Shown piece by piece: positions 35,247 to 44,124 of a DNA stretch of 64,000 nt. This stretch comes from a virus: the IMG/VR virus record IMGVR_UViG_3300037483_000947; one strand, given 5' to 3'. Every line of letters begins with the position of its first letter. Position 1 is the stretch's first letter. The notes beneath the pieces were generated by a model. It was not told where the DNA came from. It saw nothing but the letters and a program-made list of their open reading frames with translations, and searched no databases. The position numbers were made by a program, and so were the translations under genes.

Positions 35247-35575
35247 TAGGACTTGTCAATTTCGTTTGTGATAATTTTTAAGAATATTTTTAAAAGTTTA
35301 TCGTTAGGTATTTGAGCCTTGCTATTTCTGCGTTTGCAGTTAGAAACATAGTTTAATGCAAACTTAAAAGCCTGTTTCTTCCTTAATTGAAAACAAAGGT
35401 CAGCCATATCGTGCCAAAAGGTATGGTAAAATCTTATTTTCGCCTGCCATTTCCCGTAACGCTTCAAATTTGCAAGAGTTAGAGGTATTCTATCGGTTTT
35501 AAATTTTGTTTTTAACTCCGTCTTTTTACCCCTGCATAATTTCAATTCCTTCAAATTAATTTTCATTGTTTTCAT
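35246..35575 (-). CDS. hypothetical protein
   Basis: 109-aa basic ORF. Confidence 0.45.
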   Translation of the reverse strand: MKTMKINLKELKLCRGKKTELKTKFKTDRIPLTLANLKRYGKWQAKIRFYHTFWHDMADLCFQLRKKQAFKFALNYVSNCKRRNSKAQIPNDKLLKIFLKIITNEIDKS

Positions 35576-35700
35576 TGTATTTTTTTAATTCAAAAATATT
35601 TTAACGCAATACCGCCATCTTATCATATACACCATTGCATTCTCATATCGTAAGTAGATTTCGCAGTAGTAACAGAAAAGTAAATTTGTTTCCTGGTTCA

Positions 35701-35934
35701 TCACTTCGTTACTCTAAAATTTTTAAAATCAGCAAATCTATTCTCACTATTCTTGGAATCAAGGGCCTCATTTAGACACGAATTGAACATACCCCTATCC
35801 TGGAAATACAAATAATCTCCATACGCGCGAGTTTCCTGATGCCAACGGTGATTTTTATATTTCATGTCTTTAAATTTTTCATTCAAGTATTGCCGAAACC
35901 GCTTAATCACTACACGTTTTATCTTTCCCATCAC
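35701..35934 (-). CDS. hypothetical protein
   Basis: 77-aa ORF with AGGAGG upstream. Confidence 0.45.
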   Translation of the reverse strand: MMGKIKRVVIKRFRQYLNEKFKDMKYKNHRWHQETRAYGDYLYFQDRGMFNSCLNEALDSKNSENRFADFKNFRVTK

Positions 35935-36692
35935 ACCACCTCCTGCAATCCATAACCTGTAACCTGCAACCTATCCTTCTTCACCCAGACCTTAAAGTTC
36001 TCATCCAGCTTAAATTCCCTGCCGTCAACCGGCGTAACACTCTTCACTTCACCGAAATAAAACCCTTCAATAACATGCCGCGCACCGTTACGGAACAAAT
36101 AGAACTCATCCCCTATGTGCAGAGCATATAAGTGTATGGGGACAAACTGGCTCACCTTGTGGCAATTATAAGACTTCTTTGCGACAAACTTGCCCTTTTT
36201 TACGCCGTTTTCAACATAATCCGTATTATGTAAACTCGGCTGAAGCTGGTCGTAGCCTGCCCAGATAATCTTGCGGTTATTTAGTTCCAGCTTAACTTTT
36301 CGGGGTGTTCCCGATAAATAATGCCTGTCCTTGCCGCCCCTGTAAATAGCAGGTTGTATAACTCCGCTGTTGGAGATGAATAGAATTAATCTGTCCGGAT
36401 ATAAGCAAAGATGAGGAAATTGAAGGTTTTTAGGATTGTTGATGCGGCCAAACTCACCGCAGCGGATACATTTGGAAACCATGTGGTCCTCCTTTGAGGT
36501 AACTTTACATAATTGTTGATTGTGAATTTCCCGACTTTTCACATATTTGTCCCAACTATGCTGTAAGAGGGCTACCTCTGGAACTAATGGTCTCTGTAAA
36601 TATTGACTAAATAATATTATAGCAATTACTATGCTAAGATATTTCCTGCGACTTTCATAATTATATATTATTTCTCGATTTATATTATGCAA
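35931..36692 (-). CDS. hypothetical protein, first gene of the early minus-strand block
   Basis: 253-aa ORF with an N-terminal hydrophobic segment. The C-terminus RLQVTGYGLQEVV is encoded by AACCTG word repeats. Confidence 0.45.
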   Translation of the reverse strand: MHNINREIIYNYESRRKYLSIVIAIILFSQYLQRPLVPEVALLQHSWDKYVKSREIHNQQLCKVTSKEDHMVSKCIRCGEFGRINNPKNLQFPHLCLYPDRLILFISNSGVIQPAIYRGGKDRHYLSGTPRKVKLELNNRKIIWAGYDQLQPSLHNTDYVENGVKKGKFVAKKSYNCHKVSQFVPIHLYALHIGDEFYLFRNGARHVIEGFYFGEVKSVTPVDGREFKLDENFKVWVKKDRLQVTGYGLQEVV

Positions 36693-36769
36693 AGGTGTTA
36701 ACTAATTGTTTATTCTATAAATAAAATGTTAAGAATTAATAATGAAAAGAGTTGGATTTGTTGAAATAA

Positions 36770-36911
36770 ATGTCCCGTTGGTTTGGCGTAAGGGAACAAT
36801 CTTGTGGTACAGTTGCCTGTATTTGGAGATGTGTTGACCTCCCAACGGGGCATAAAACTCGCTTGTCGTGATGTCTGTTATGATTAATTGATTTCTCATG
36901 TCCCTTACGCC
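36770..36911. promoter_or_regulatory. two interleaved inverted-repeat pairs in a divergent non-coding region
   Basis: A 36770-36781 ATGTCCCGTTGG pairs with A' 36842-36853 CCAACGGGGCAT (12 bp, one T/C position). B 36785-36795 GGCGTAAGGGA pairs with B' 36901-36911 TCCCTTACGCC (11 bp). Order is A-B-A'-B'. Confidence 0.6.
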
Positions 36912-37081
36912 TTATTTAATTTGATACAAATATACTGTATATCAGTTCCGAATTATTCTCACCGTTTCAGGGTATTCTCAAAAATCACGGCTTCACGGTG
37001 GCAAAATTTCAACTATTAAGAGCAGATATATATGTAGGGATGTCACGCTTATTCGTTTATATTATTAGAAAGGATAATCTC

Positions 37082-37306
37082 ATGGAAAAATATAATTATT
37101 TCGTAAAACTGAGAATTTTAGCATTTATTGATAAACAACTTAAAGAAGAGAAAGTATTTCAGAAAATATTTGATGCAGTTGTTCCCTCTCATGTTGGAGA
37201 CAAAAGAATGGAAACGTGGAAAGGATTCCGTTGCATGGTTCAGTTTTCCAATCCTGTAAGAGCCAGAAAATCACTCCAGCGTATCCGAACGGAAAGAAAA
37301 CCATAA
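37082..37306 (+). CDS. hypothetical small protein (alternative GTG start at 36998)
   Basis: Plus-strand ORF between the early and late blocks. ATG at 37082 is preceded by AAAGGA. Confidence 0.4.
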   Translation: MEKYNYFVKLRILAFIDKQLKEEKVFQKIFDAVVPSHVGDKRMETWKGFRCMVQFSNPVRARKSLQRIRTERKP

Positions 37307-37604
37307 TTAAAAAACCCCGCTATTTCTAACGGGGCGGAAGTAAAAAATCAATCCGCCGTTGTTTATTGAGGCCTGTCCTATTTTTGATAGGTTAGATTGA
37401 TGTGTAATCCTTAGTGCAGTAAGGATGTCAGGGTTACGGCCTGACAATTACAAATATAATACATTTTTCCTGAAATTGTTCTCTGCACATAAAAAGTCCC
37501 GATGCTAACTCATACACCGGGACTCCATTGCGGGTAGTCTGCTTTGGGTAGCAGTTTTGAAAGGAACTTTCTTTTAATTAGTGAAAATTAGCGTAATTAG
37601 CGTG

Positions 37605-38492
37605 TTATTTATACAAATTCATAACATTGTTTATATAATACATCTGACTCTTATCCCGTAACCGGTTAGCCACCTCACCGCCGTTTGAACTGCCTGCAGC
37701 ATTAGTATTACCTTCATTTGTAACAATATTATTACCCGACCTTGCTATTCCTATCCCTGTATGCACAACATCGCCCCGGGAAGCGCCGTAAATAAAGAAT
37801 ATAAACGGGAATACCATATCATCCCAATCCGGATACTTAACCGCTATACCCTTCTTAATCCCCCACTGTCGGTCATAGGGAGTGTAACCTCCGCACTCAA
37901 ATAAATCCTTCATCCCCAGTAATTTCAATATAGTCCTAAACAGCCACTTCACGTAGTAACTGCACCATGGCGACCCCCCATTCTTCACCTCGCCGCAGCT
38001 TCCAATATCCTGATACTCGTTCACCCGCTTACCTGTGTTTGTAGTGCCCTTTTCTTTCACCCCAACCTCACCTTTAGCCAATTCAACCACCATCCTGCCC
38101 AGCTTCTTCCACAGAGGCTCTCCAGTCTCTTCCTTGGGCACTTCTACGGTGATTTCAGGGAGCTTCTGCTTATACCATGCACTGAGTTCCTCCACTCGTT
38201 CCAGAAACGCTCCCAGTGCGGGAGTAACTAATTTACCATTAATTTCAAACCACCAATCCTCTGCCGCTGGAAACTTCTGTTTTACCCACTCTACTGAGAT
38301 AACATCTACCAGCTTTGCCAGCAGGTTTTCCGTAACCGCACATGTAATATCACCATATTTTCCATCAGCCGTAAGCGTTTTGACTTTCCCGCCAACCAAA
38401 CATTTGTCATATCCCAGCTCGATTAACCTCTCCTGATATTCCCTCACCGCCGGTGAATCATCACCGTATTTTATGAAAGTGTATCGGTACAT
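37605..38492 (-). CDS. endolysin: PG_binding_1-like N-terminus plus CHAP/NlpC-P60-like cysteine peptidase
   Basis: GDDSPAVREYQERLIELGYD..ADGKYGDITCAVTENL (peptidoglycan-binding repeat). GGSPWCSYYVKW (Cys nucleophile context) and VVHTGIGIA..VTNEGNTN. Confidence 0.7.
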   Translation of the reverse strand: MYRYTFIKYGDDSPAVREYQERLIELGYDKCLVGGKVKTLTADGKYGDITCAVTENLLAKLVDVISVEWVKQKFPAAEDWWFEINGKLVTPALGAFLERVEELSAWYKQKLPEITVEVPKEETGEPLWKKLGRMVVELAKGEVGVKEKGTTNTGKRVNEYQDIGSCGEVKNGGSPWCSYYVKWLFRTILKLLGMKDLFECGGYTPYDRQWGIKKGIAVKYPDWDDMVFPFIFFIYGASRGDVVHTGIGIARSGNNIVTNEGNTNAAGSSNGGEVANRLRDKSQMYYINNVMNLYK

Positions 38493-38511
38493 TGATTTAT
38501 TTGTTTAAATT

Positions 38512-39024
38512 TTAAATTGCTTTAGAATATTTCTTTCTTCTGTTATTAGCCTGTTCTTTTTTCGTAGCCCATCTACAATTTTTTGGTTCATAATTACCAT
38601 CATTGTCTTTTCTCTCAATGCACATTCCTTTTGGTCTTTCACCCATATCGTCAAAGAAATTCTGGAATGAATTTAACCATCTATCACAAACCTCTATACC
38701 GCGACCTCCATAGTTCTTATAAGCTGGATTTTTAGGATTAGTGCAACGTTGGATTAATTGATTCCATGAACGATATTCAGGTGTTCCCCACATTCCATGT
38801 AATAAGTTATATTGATTATCCTTATTCGCGCAACTTCTACATCGCGTTGAATTTTTCGATTTTAAATTCCCTGCTTGTATTTCTTTCTCAGCTCCGCAGA
38901 CACACCGGACTAAATAAAATCTAACATGATGAGGATAAGTTTTATTTATCCTTTTATCAAACATCTTTCCCACTATTCGTGTGCCGAGGTCCTTAATAAC
39001 TGTAAAGTTTCCGTATTTATACAT
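38512..39024 (-). CDS. AP2-type DNA-binding / homing-endonuclease-associated protein (tentative)
   Basis: [62 protein letters not shown] recall this pattern from AP2-like domains of phage HNH endonucleases. Confidence 0.45.
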   Translation of the reverse strand: MYKYGNFTVIKDLGTRIVGKMFDKRINKTYPHHVRFYLVRCVCGAEKEIQAGNLKSKNSTRCRSCANKDNQYNLLHGMWGTPEYRSWNQLIQRCTNPKNPAYKNYGGRGIEVCDRWLNSFQNFFDDMGERPKGMCIERKDNDGNYEPKNCRWATKKEQANNRRKKYSKAI

Positions 39025-39029
39025 GATAT

Positions 39030-39326
39030 TTATTCCTTAATTATTCCCTCTTTGATTGCTCTTGCCTCAAACCGTTTAAAAGCACTCGAATCGTGAACAC
39101 TCGGGAAAGATGTAGGCTTGTGATTCAGTATTTTTTCCCAGCGTTCAAGCAGTGTTTCAAAAGGTTCTTTATCCTCCGCTGCTTTATCCCAGTGCGGCTC
39201 AGTTTGTCCGAACCAATCCAGAAATCTTTTTCTTACAGAAGCAAATCTATCCCGTAAACCCTGTAAATGGCGTTCTTCTTTTGTTGGAATTATTGTATCC
39301 ATATTTAAATTATTTGAAAATTTCAC
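39030..39326 (-). CDS. hypothetical protein
   Basis: 98-aa ORF. Confidence 0.45.
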   Translation of the reverse strand: MKFSNNLNMDTIIPTKEERHLQGLRDRFASVRKRFLDWFGQTEPHWDKAAEDKEPFETLLERWEKILNHKPTSFPSVHDSSAFKRFEARAIKEGIIKE

Positions 39327-39504
39327 GTAAAATAAACCAAATCACCCAAATCATAGCCATTACAAAAAGCCCTGCAGGGAAAATCAGTAAATTTCCCAGT
39401 GGAATATCATTATCATCCTGCTTCATAATCCATAGCCATATTACAAATACAATCACCGTAACAACAATAGGCACCCAAACCGAAAGCAAATTAAATTCTA
39501 TCAT
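39310..39504 (-). CDS. holin-like two-TM protein
   Basis: 64 aa with two hydrophobic helices (VWVPIVVTVIVFVIWLWI; LLIFPAGLFVMAMIWVIWFIL). Close to the endolysin. Confidence 0.5.
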   Translation of the reverse strand: MIEFNLLSVWVPIVVTVIVFVIWLWIMKQDDNDIPLGNLLIFPAGLFVMAMIWVIWFILREIFK

Positions 39505-39514
39505 TTTATCCCCC

Positions 39515-40336
39515 TCACCTTATCGGATAATATACAACTTCCTCTTTCAGCCGGAAATCTTTCAAATTTACATCGTATCCCGCTTTTACATCCACATTTA
39601 CAACACCAAAATTCAGCCCCGTTGTAGCACCGAATTCAAAATTATGCTCCTTCCATGTTATAGTTGAGGAATGCTCCAGATACGGTCCTGCACCCTTCCA
39701 TACCCGCCTGTTCTGAACCGGCGCCGGAGTATCTTCCAGCTTCTTTATTATTTCGTCTTTCAGATTGTTCGAGTTCATGCAATCCGTTACCCTGCGCTCA
39801 CTTATTTCAGCCGATTTTTGCCACAGCGTTACCTTATCATCTTTCAGCTTTATTTCCTGTTTCAATAGCCCGTTCTCTTCCGTCAGGTAATTATTCCGGT
39901 TTATCATCTTCGCTGTCTTTTTCACCTGGACACCGTTAAAAATGTAGTTCCGGGCATAAGACACTGAATCATACCTGGTCTCCGTATCAAACGCCTCCAG
40001 CGCCGCCTGAACCCCCTTAAACACGCTGTCAGGGTCGCTCACAGTTATCTCTTTATTTCGCTCGATGTAAACTGTTTTTATTACCACCCCCTGAGCTTTC
40101 AGTTCCGCGATCTCTGCATCCTGATTCCTTAATTCATTTCTCAGCACAAAGTTAGTGTCCGACCTCATTTTCATTGAATCCTGATATTTCGCAGCCTGTT
40201 CCTTTAACAAACTATCAGCCTGCAGATGAGTAAATTCCTGCTCGGGACAGAAGCATCCCTTGAAAGCACAAAAAAGCGTGATCCCCAGCAGCACCACCGC
40301 CACAAAGAACCACAGCTTGAAATTAAATTTTGTCAT
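39515..40336 (-). CDS. N-terminally anchored coiled-coil protein (spanin-like, tentative)
   Basis: TM segment LWFFVAVVLLGITLFCAF followed by a long charged helical region. Confidence 0.35.
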   Translation of the reverse strand: MTKFNFKLWFFVAVVLLGITLFCAFKGCFCPEQEFTHLQADSLLKEQAAKYQDSMKMRSDTNFVLRNELRNQDAEIAELKAQGVVIKTVYIERNKEITVSDPDSVFKGVQAALEAFDTETRYDSVSYARNYIFNGVQVKKTAKMINRNNYLTEENGLLKQEIKLKDDKVTLWQKSAEISERRVTDCMNSNNLKDEIIKKLEDTPAPVQNRRVWKGAGPYLEHSSTITWKEHNFEFGATTGLNFGVVNVDVKAGYDVNLKDFRLKEEVVYYPIR

Positions 40337-40444
40337 TCTTCAATCCCGATTCGCATCAGGACCCATTAAGTTTTGAAATTTTGTTTTAAATAAATCATAT
40401 CTCCATAATCTACATACACAGGAAAACCAAAATTTACTTCTCCG

Positions 40445-40561
40445 TCATTTTGAGGAACCACAACCATAGCAAGTTATTCCGCACATTGATGTAGTTTGTT
40501 TGTTAGGTTTCAATTTTCCTTCACCGTCACAAACAGGGCATTTTTGAGCTATATTGGTCAT
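40445..40561 (-). CDS. 38-aa DnaJ-type zinc-finger peptide (below ORF-track cutoff)
   Basis: MTNIAQKCPVCDGEGKLKPNKQTTSMCGITCYGCGSSK has CxxCxGxG and CxxCGS. Translated by hand. Confidence 0.35.
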   Translation of the reverse strand: MTNIAQKCPVCDGEGKLKPNKQTTSMCGITCYGCGSSK

Positions 40562-40683
40562 TTGTTAAAAAATGTTGATTTTTACGAATTTTCATATTAT
40601 ATTTACACATGAATATTCAATCTGCAGACATTTGGACACTGAAATAGATAATCTCAAAACACACTATTCAAAGTGTCCTTTTT

Positions 40684-41082
40684 TTATGGCTTCAGCTTTT
40701 CCGGATTTATATTCACACCTTCAATATTATCATTAGCAAGTTTTTTCAGCCACCTCGATACCCTTCTCCCCAATGTGTACCAGAAAACAAACACAGCCAG
40801 TATAACCGATATCAGACTCACTAACTGCATCTTCCACGGCCCGCCATTCAGGTCAGCCAGAAATATCCCCGCAGCTGCTGCAAATCCTATTGCCCAGTAA
40901 GGATAAAAACTGCTTCTCACAGTCCATACTCTGTTTTCATTTTCCCAGAAGAGTATTTTCAGAGCTTCCATCAGCAGGAATACCAGCACAAAAGAAATCC
41001 AGAAAAGCGGATTCCCGAAGATGTTTACGATAAGATATGAACCCAGCTGTTCAATAAAAGTTGATTCAACTGATTGTTCCAT
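40684..41082 (-). CDS. multi-pass membrane protein
   Basis: 132 aa with 3-4 hydrophobic segments. Confidence 0.5.
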   Translation of the reverse strand: MEQSVESTFIEQLGSYLIVNIFGNPLFWISFVLVFLLMEALKILFWENENRVWTVRSSFYPYWAIGFAAAAGIFLADLNGGPWKMQLVSLISVILAVFVFWYTLGRRVSRWLKKLANDNIEGVNINPEKLKP

Positions 41083-41094
41083 ATTATCCTCCTT

Positions 41095-41304
41095 TTAATT
41101 GTTAATTTCCAATTTATTCAGTTTCCGTTCCCGCGCCAGCTTATTATAAGTGCTCTTCGATATATATCCCTCAAATACGTAGTGCCTTCCGCCTCTGAAC
41201 CCCGCCCTGAGCGTAGTCGAAGGGTCATCTTCCAGTAAATCAGGCACAAAGGTTATCTTGCTCTTGATACTATGCCACACCTCAATCGAACCCTGCTTTT
41301 TCAT
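41095..41304 (-). CDS. hypothetical protein
   Basis: 69-aa ORF. Contains the 18-nt repeat in a different frame (PSTTLR). Confidence 0.45.
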   Translation of the reverse strand: MKKQGSIEVWHSIKSKITFVPDLLEDDPSTTLRAGFRGGRHYVFEGYISKSTYNKLARERKLNKLEINN

Positions 41305-41573
41305 TACTGACTGTCAACAGTTTTTACTTTCGGAGTCAGGTGATTTATTTCTAAGTTTTGATAATACAATTCCCTGAATCTTTCCCCGAAGCCGTTACAC
41401 GCCATGATACTAATAACAATAACCTGCATGTGCTGTTGAAACTGATTCAGGTTTTCCCTGTCAATTCGTTTCTGTTTTCTTAACGTAATTAAATAAGTAA
41501 ATAAAGCACCGCATAAAGCTGTTAAAAATGGCACTGCGATCTGTGCGATTACCTGAACCGTTTCTTTTTCCAT
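41304..41573 (-). CDS. membrane protein
   Basis: Trimmed to the ATG at 41573 (TAATG overlap). TM segment VIAQIAVPFLTALCGALFTYLI. Confidence 0.45.
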   Translation of the reverse strand: MEKETVQVIAQIAVPFLTALCGALFTYLITLRKQKRIDRENLNQFQQHMQVIVISIMACNGFGERFRELYYQNLEINHLTPKVKTVDSQ

Positions 41574-42157
41574 TATACCAAATATATTAATTTGCACACC
41601 AGCCACAGCGTTATTCCTATGTATGCTGATGCGTTAAAATCCTGCTCGTTAAATACATAAACCGCTTCCACCTCATTCGGCGGCACTTCCTTCGCAAACA
41701 TCCACCGACCCGAAAACCACCATCTTACAAGCCAATATGGATTAATTCGCCACTCACTCATCTTTTTGATTTCCTGCCTATTCTTCCGGTGCCAATAATA
41801 GCTGATCTCAAACACCATGAAGTAAAACAGACTCAGCCAGCTAAATCCTTCCACCGCTTGCACATACCAGGGGAAATTGCTGTACCAGAACCACCACAGT
41901 AAACTCATCATCACAAACGCAATACTACTGTGCAAAACCCTATAATTTACTACTGCATTTTTATACAGTGTTCCGGCAATCGTGATATCACCTTCTTCAA
42001 ATATCCACTGCCAGAACCTATGCACGGTAAATCTGCCGAGTTTCTGCATAATATCTTCATAGATCCCGCCATACCAGTCCGCATCAATCCGGGTATGAAT
42101 ATACCACACCACCCCTGCTGCCAAACATGCTATTGCAATATTTATTAAATTTGTCAT
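41573..42157 (-). CDS. multi-pass membrane protein
   Basis: 194 aa, Trp/aromatic-rich, with several hydrophobic segments. Confidence 0.5.
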   Translation of the reverse strand: MTNLINIAIACLAAGVVWYIHTRIDADWYGGIYEDIMQKLGRFTVHRFWQWIFEEGDITIAGTLYKNAVVNYRVLHSSIAFVMMSLLWWFWYSNFPWYVQAVEGFSWLSLFYFMVFEISYYWHRKNRQEIKKMSEWRINPYWLVRWWFSGRWMFAKEVPPNEVEAVYVFNEQDFNASAYIGITLWLVCKLIYLV

Positions 42158-44124
42158 GGTATTATTACCCTTTTAATATCTTCTGTCCTTTCGGGAAATC
42201 CATACCCCTCCTGATAAACATTCCAGTTTTCATCCAGAGAAAAAATCATCCTGCATACTATTCCATTCATGCTCCAAAACGAACCTGTAACATACAACCG
42301 ATTCCCGTTTTGAGTTTTTATCAAACATAAATTTCCGCATTCTAATGTATCAGCCGAATAAAAATCACCGTTAACAGCAACATATTCACCCGCCGCACCT
42401 GTTGTCAGCGTCATTTCTATTACTGATTGAGCAAGCCCTGTTATACCGATTCCGTTATTAATCGCACTAAACGTTGAGCCGTTATATTTACAAATTCCGT
42501 TAGAGGTTATCCCGCCGATTGTTGTAAATGAACCGCCGATAACAAGGTGGTTATTAAATACCTGCATTGTAAAAATATAGCCGTTAGGGCCTGCAACTGA
42601 ATCCCAAGCCGCTCCATTCCATTTGTACAATCCGTTTACACCGCCCACATATAATTCACTGTTGAAGTAACATAAGCTCCATATCCCGGTAGTCTTCGCC
42701 GATAAATCACCCATTGCGGTAAAATTTACTCCATTCCAGCCGTAAACTCTTGTACCGACAGATGTGCCGATAAGTAAGGTATCATTTGCAGCATTCATTA
42801 GATAACAATAACTCGCAATACCACCCGTTGACATTGTGTCCCATGCGCCATTGTAAAATTGTCCATTCTGATTCAGGGTCAAACTTGAATCCCCGTTAAA
42901 AGTAAAATCCCCACCGGCAAAAACACGGTTACTTAATAATGAATTGGCAGTTGTTTGTGTTGCAAAAATCTGCACAACTAATTTATCAATCCCCACATCC
43001 ATGCTGTTATCTTTCCATATCCCGCCTTGCCTGAAGATTTTATTTATATGCAGGATATTTTTAAATCCTCCCGCAGTATCCGTGTTTACCCCGGCGCTGT
43101 AAATGGTATCGCCAATAACCGCCATGCCGAGTTGATATGCCTCCTGATTCAATGTGTCTGATGGAGGATATAAATTGGGATTACGCATGGTTAAATTAAT
43201 TAACGGCGAGTAATACGAAGTTCCTTTGGCTGTCCCGTGTACCCATTTGGGAGCATAAGGATTTGTTGGCCGGAAGGTTGGTTTTAACCCAATTTGTAAA
43301 TGAGTTAAACCATAAGCAACGGAACCCGGATAAGTCCTGTCATGAAGCGTATCATTCCCGTTTGCTGTGTCATATAAAAAACTTCCTAACCCTTCGGAAC
43401 ACGGATAAGCCAAAGTGCTGTCTGTTCCGTCGTTCCAGTGTTTAATAATAATTCCGTAAATGCTCCCCTTAAAATAATTCCATGAGCCAATAGGGCCGGG
43501 CACAGCTGACTGATTCAAATTCATCATTCCGATACCAAAATTAGTTGCGGCGGTTGCGTCCGTCCATGTCCAGCCGGCATGATTAGCTGTTATACTATCG
43601 TCTTTCATTGCAACCAGTGTATGAGCAACATTATTAACCCAAACCCGATAACGATGAAAAACTCCTGTATCCGGCGTTACTGCAATTATACATTTTGCCG
43701 GATAGGGTGAGTTAAGCATGTAGAATCCGACGGCGTTTGTTCCCGTTCCCGGTTCATCATACCAAAGAACCCAGCCCGCATTTGGTGACTGGTAAAATTT
43801 ACCCATAATAAACTGCTGTCGAACAAATGTTTCATGGTAAATTTTCATAGTCCATTCTAAATATATACTGTCTGTGGTGGAATTTTTGAAGTTAGTCCAG
43901 TTTATATTCGATGTCATTGCATAATCATTCACACCATCAAAGGTCAGATAAGTCGGGCCGTTAAAAGCTGTAAACGGACGTGTACCGTCATTGGTATTTA
44001 AATCGGTATATACTGTTCCCGTATTCTTTACCTTCCCCCACCAGTCCCACTCCTCCCACTGTGTGCTCACATCCTGAGCGAAGCCGAAGGAGAGTAATAA
44101 TATTATAAAAATCTTTAATCTCAT
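42154..44124 (-). CDS. secreted LamG/ConA-like lectin plus beta-propeller-like repeat protein (tentative)
   Basis: Signal MRLKIFIILLLSFGFAQD. YLTFDGVNDYAMTS..GWVLWYD..YRVWVNN is Laminin_G_3-like. The C-terminal half has repeated GG.F...G....W.G..W units. Confidence 0.5.
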   Translation of the reverse strand: MRLKIFIILLLSFGFAQDVSTQWEEWDWWGKVKNTGTVYTDLNTNDGTRPFTAFNGPTYLTFDGVNDYAMTSNINWTNFKNSTTDSIYLEWTMKIYHETFVRQQFIMGKFYQSPNAGWVLWYDEPGTGTNAVGFYMLNSPYPAKCIIAVTPDTGVFHRYRVWVNNVAHTLVAMKDDSITANHAGWTWTDATAATNFGIGMMNLNQSAVPGPIGSWNYFKGSIYGIIIKHWNDGTDSTLAYPCSEGLGSFLYDTANGNDTLHDRTYPGSVAYGLTHLQIGLKPTFRPTNPYAPKWVHGTAKGTSYYSPLINLTMRNPNLYPPSDTLNQEAYQLGMAVIGDTIYSAGVNTDTAGGFKNILHINKIFRQGGIWKDNSMDVGIDKLVVQIFATQTTANSLLSNRVFAGGDFTFNGDSSLTLNQNGQFYNGAWDTMSTGGIASYCYLMNAANDTLLIGTSVGTRVYGWNGVNFTAMGDLSAKTTGIWSLCYFNSELYVGGVNGLYKWNGAAWDSVAGPNGYIFTMQVFNNHLVIGGSFTTIGGITSNGICKYNGSTFSAINNGIGITGLAQSVIEMTLTTGAAGEYVAVNGDFYSADTLECGNLCLIKTQNGNRLYVTGSFWSMNGIVCRMIFSLDENWNVYQEGYGFPERTEDIKRVIIP

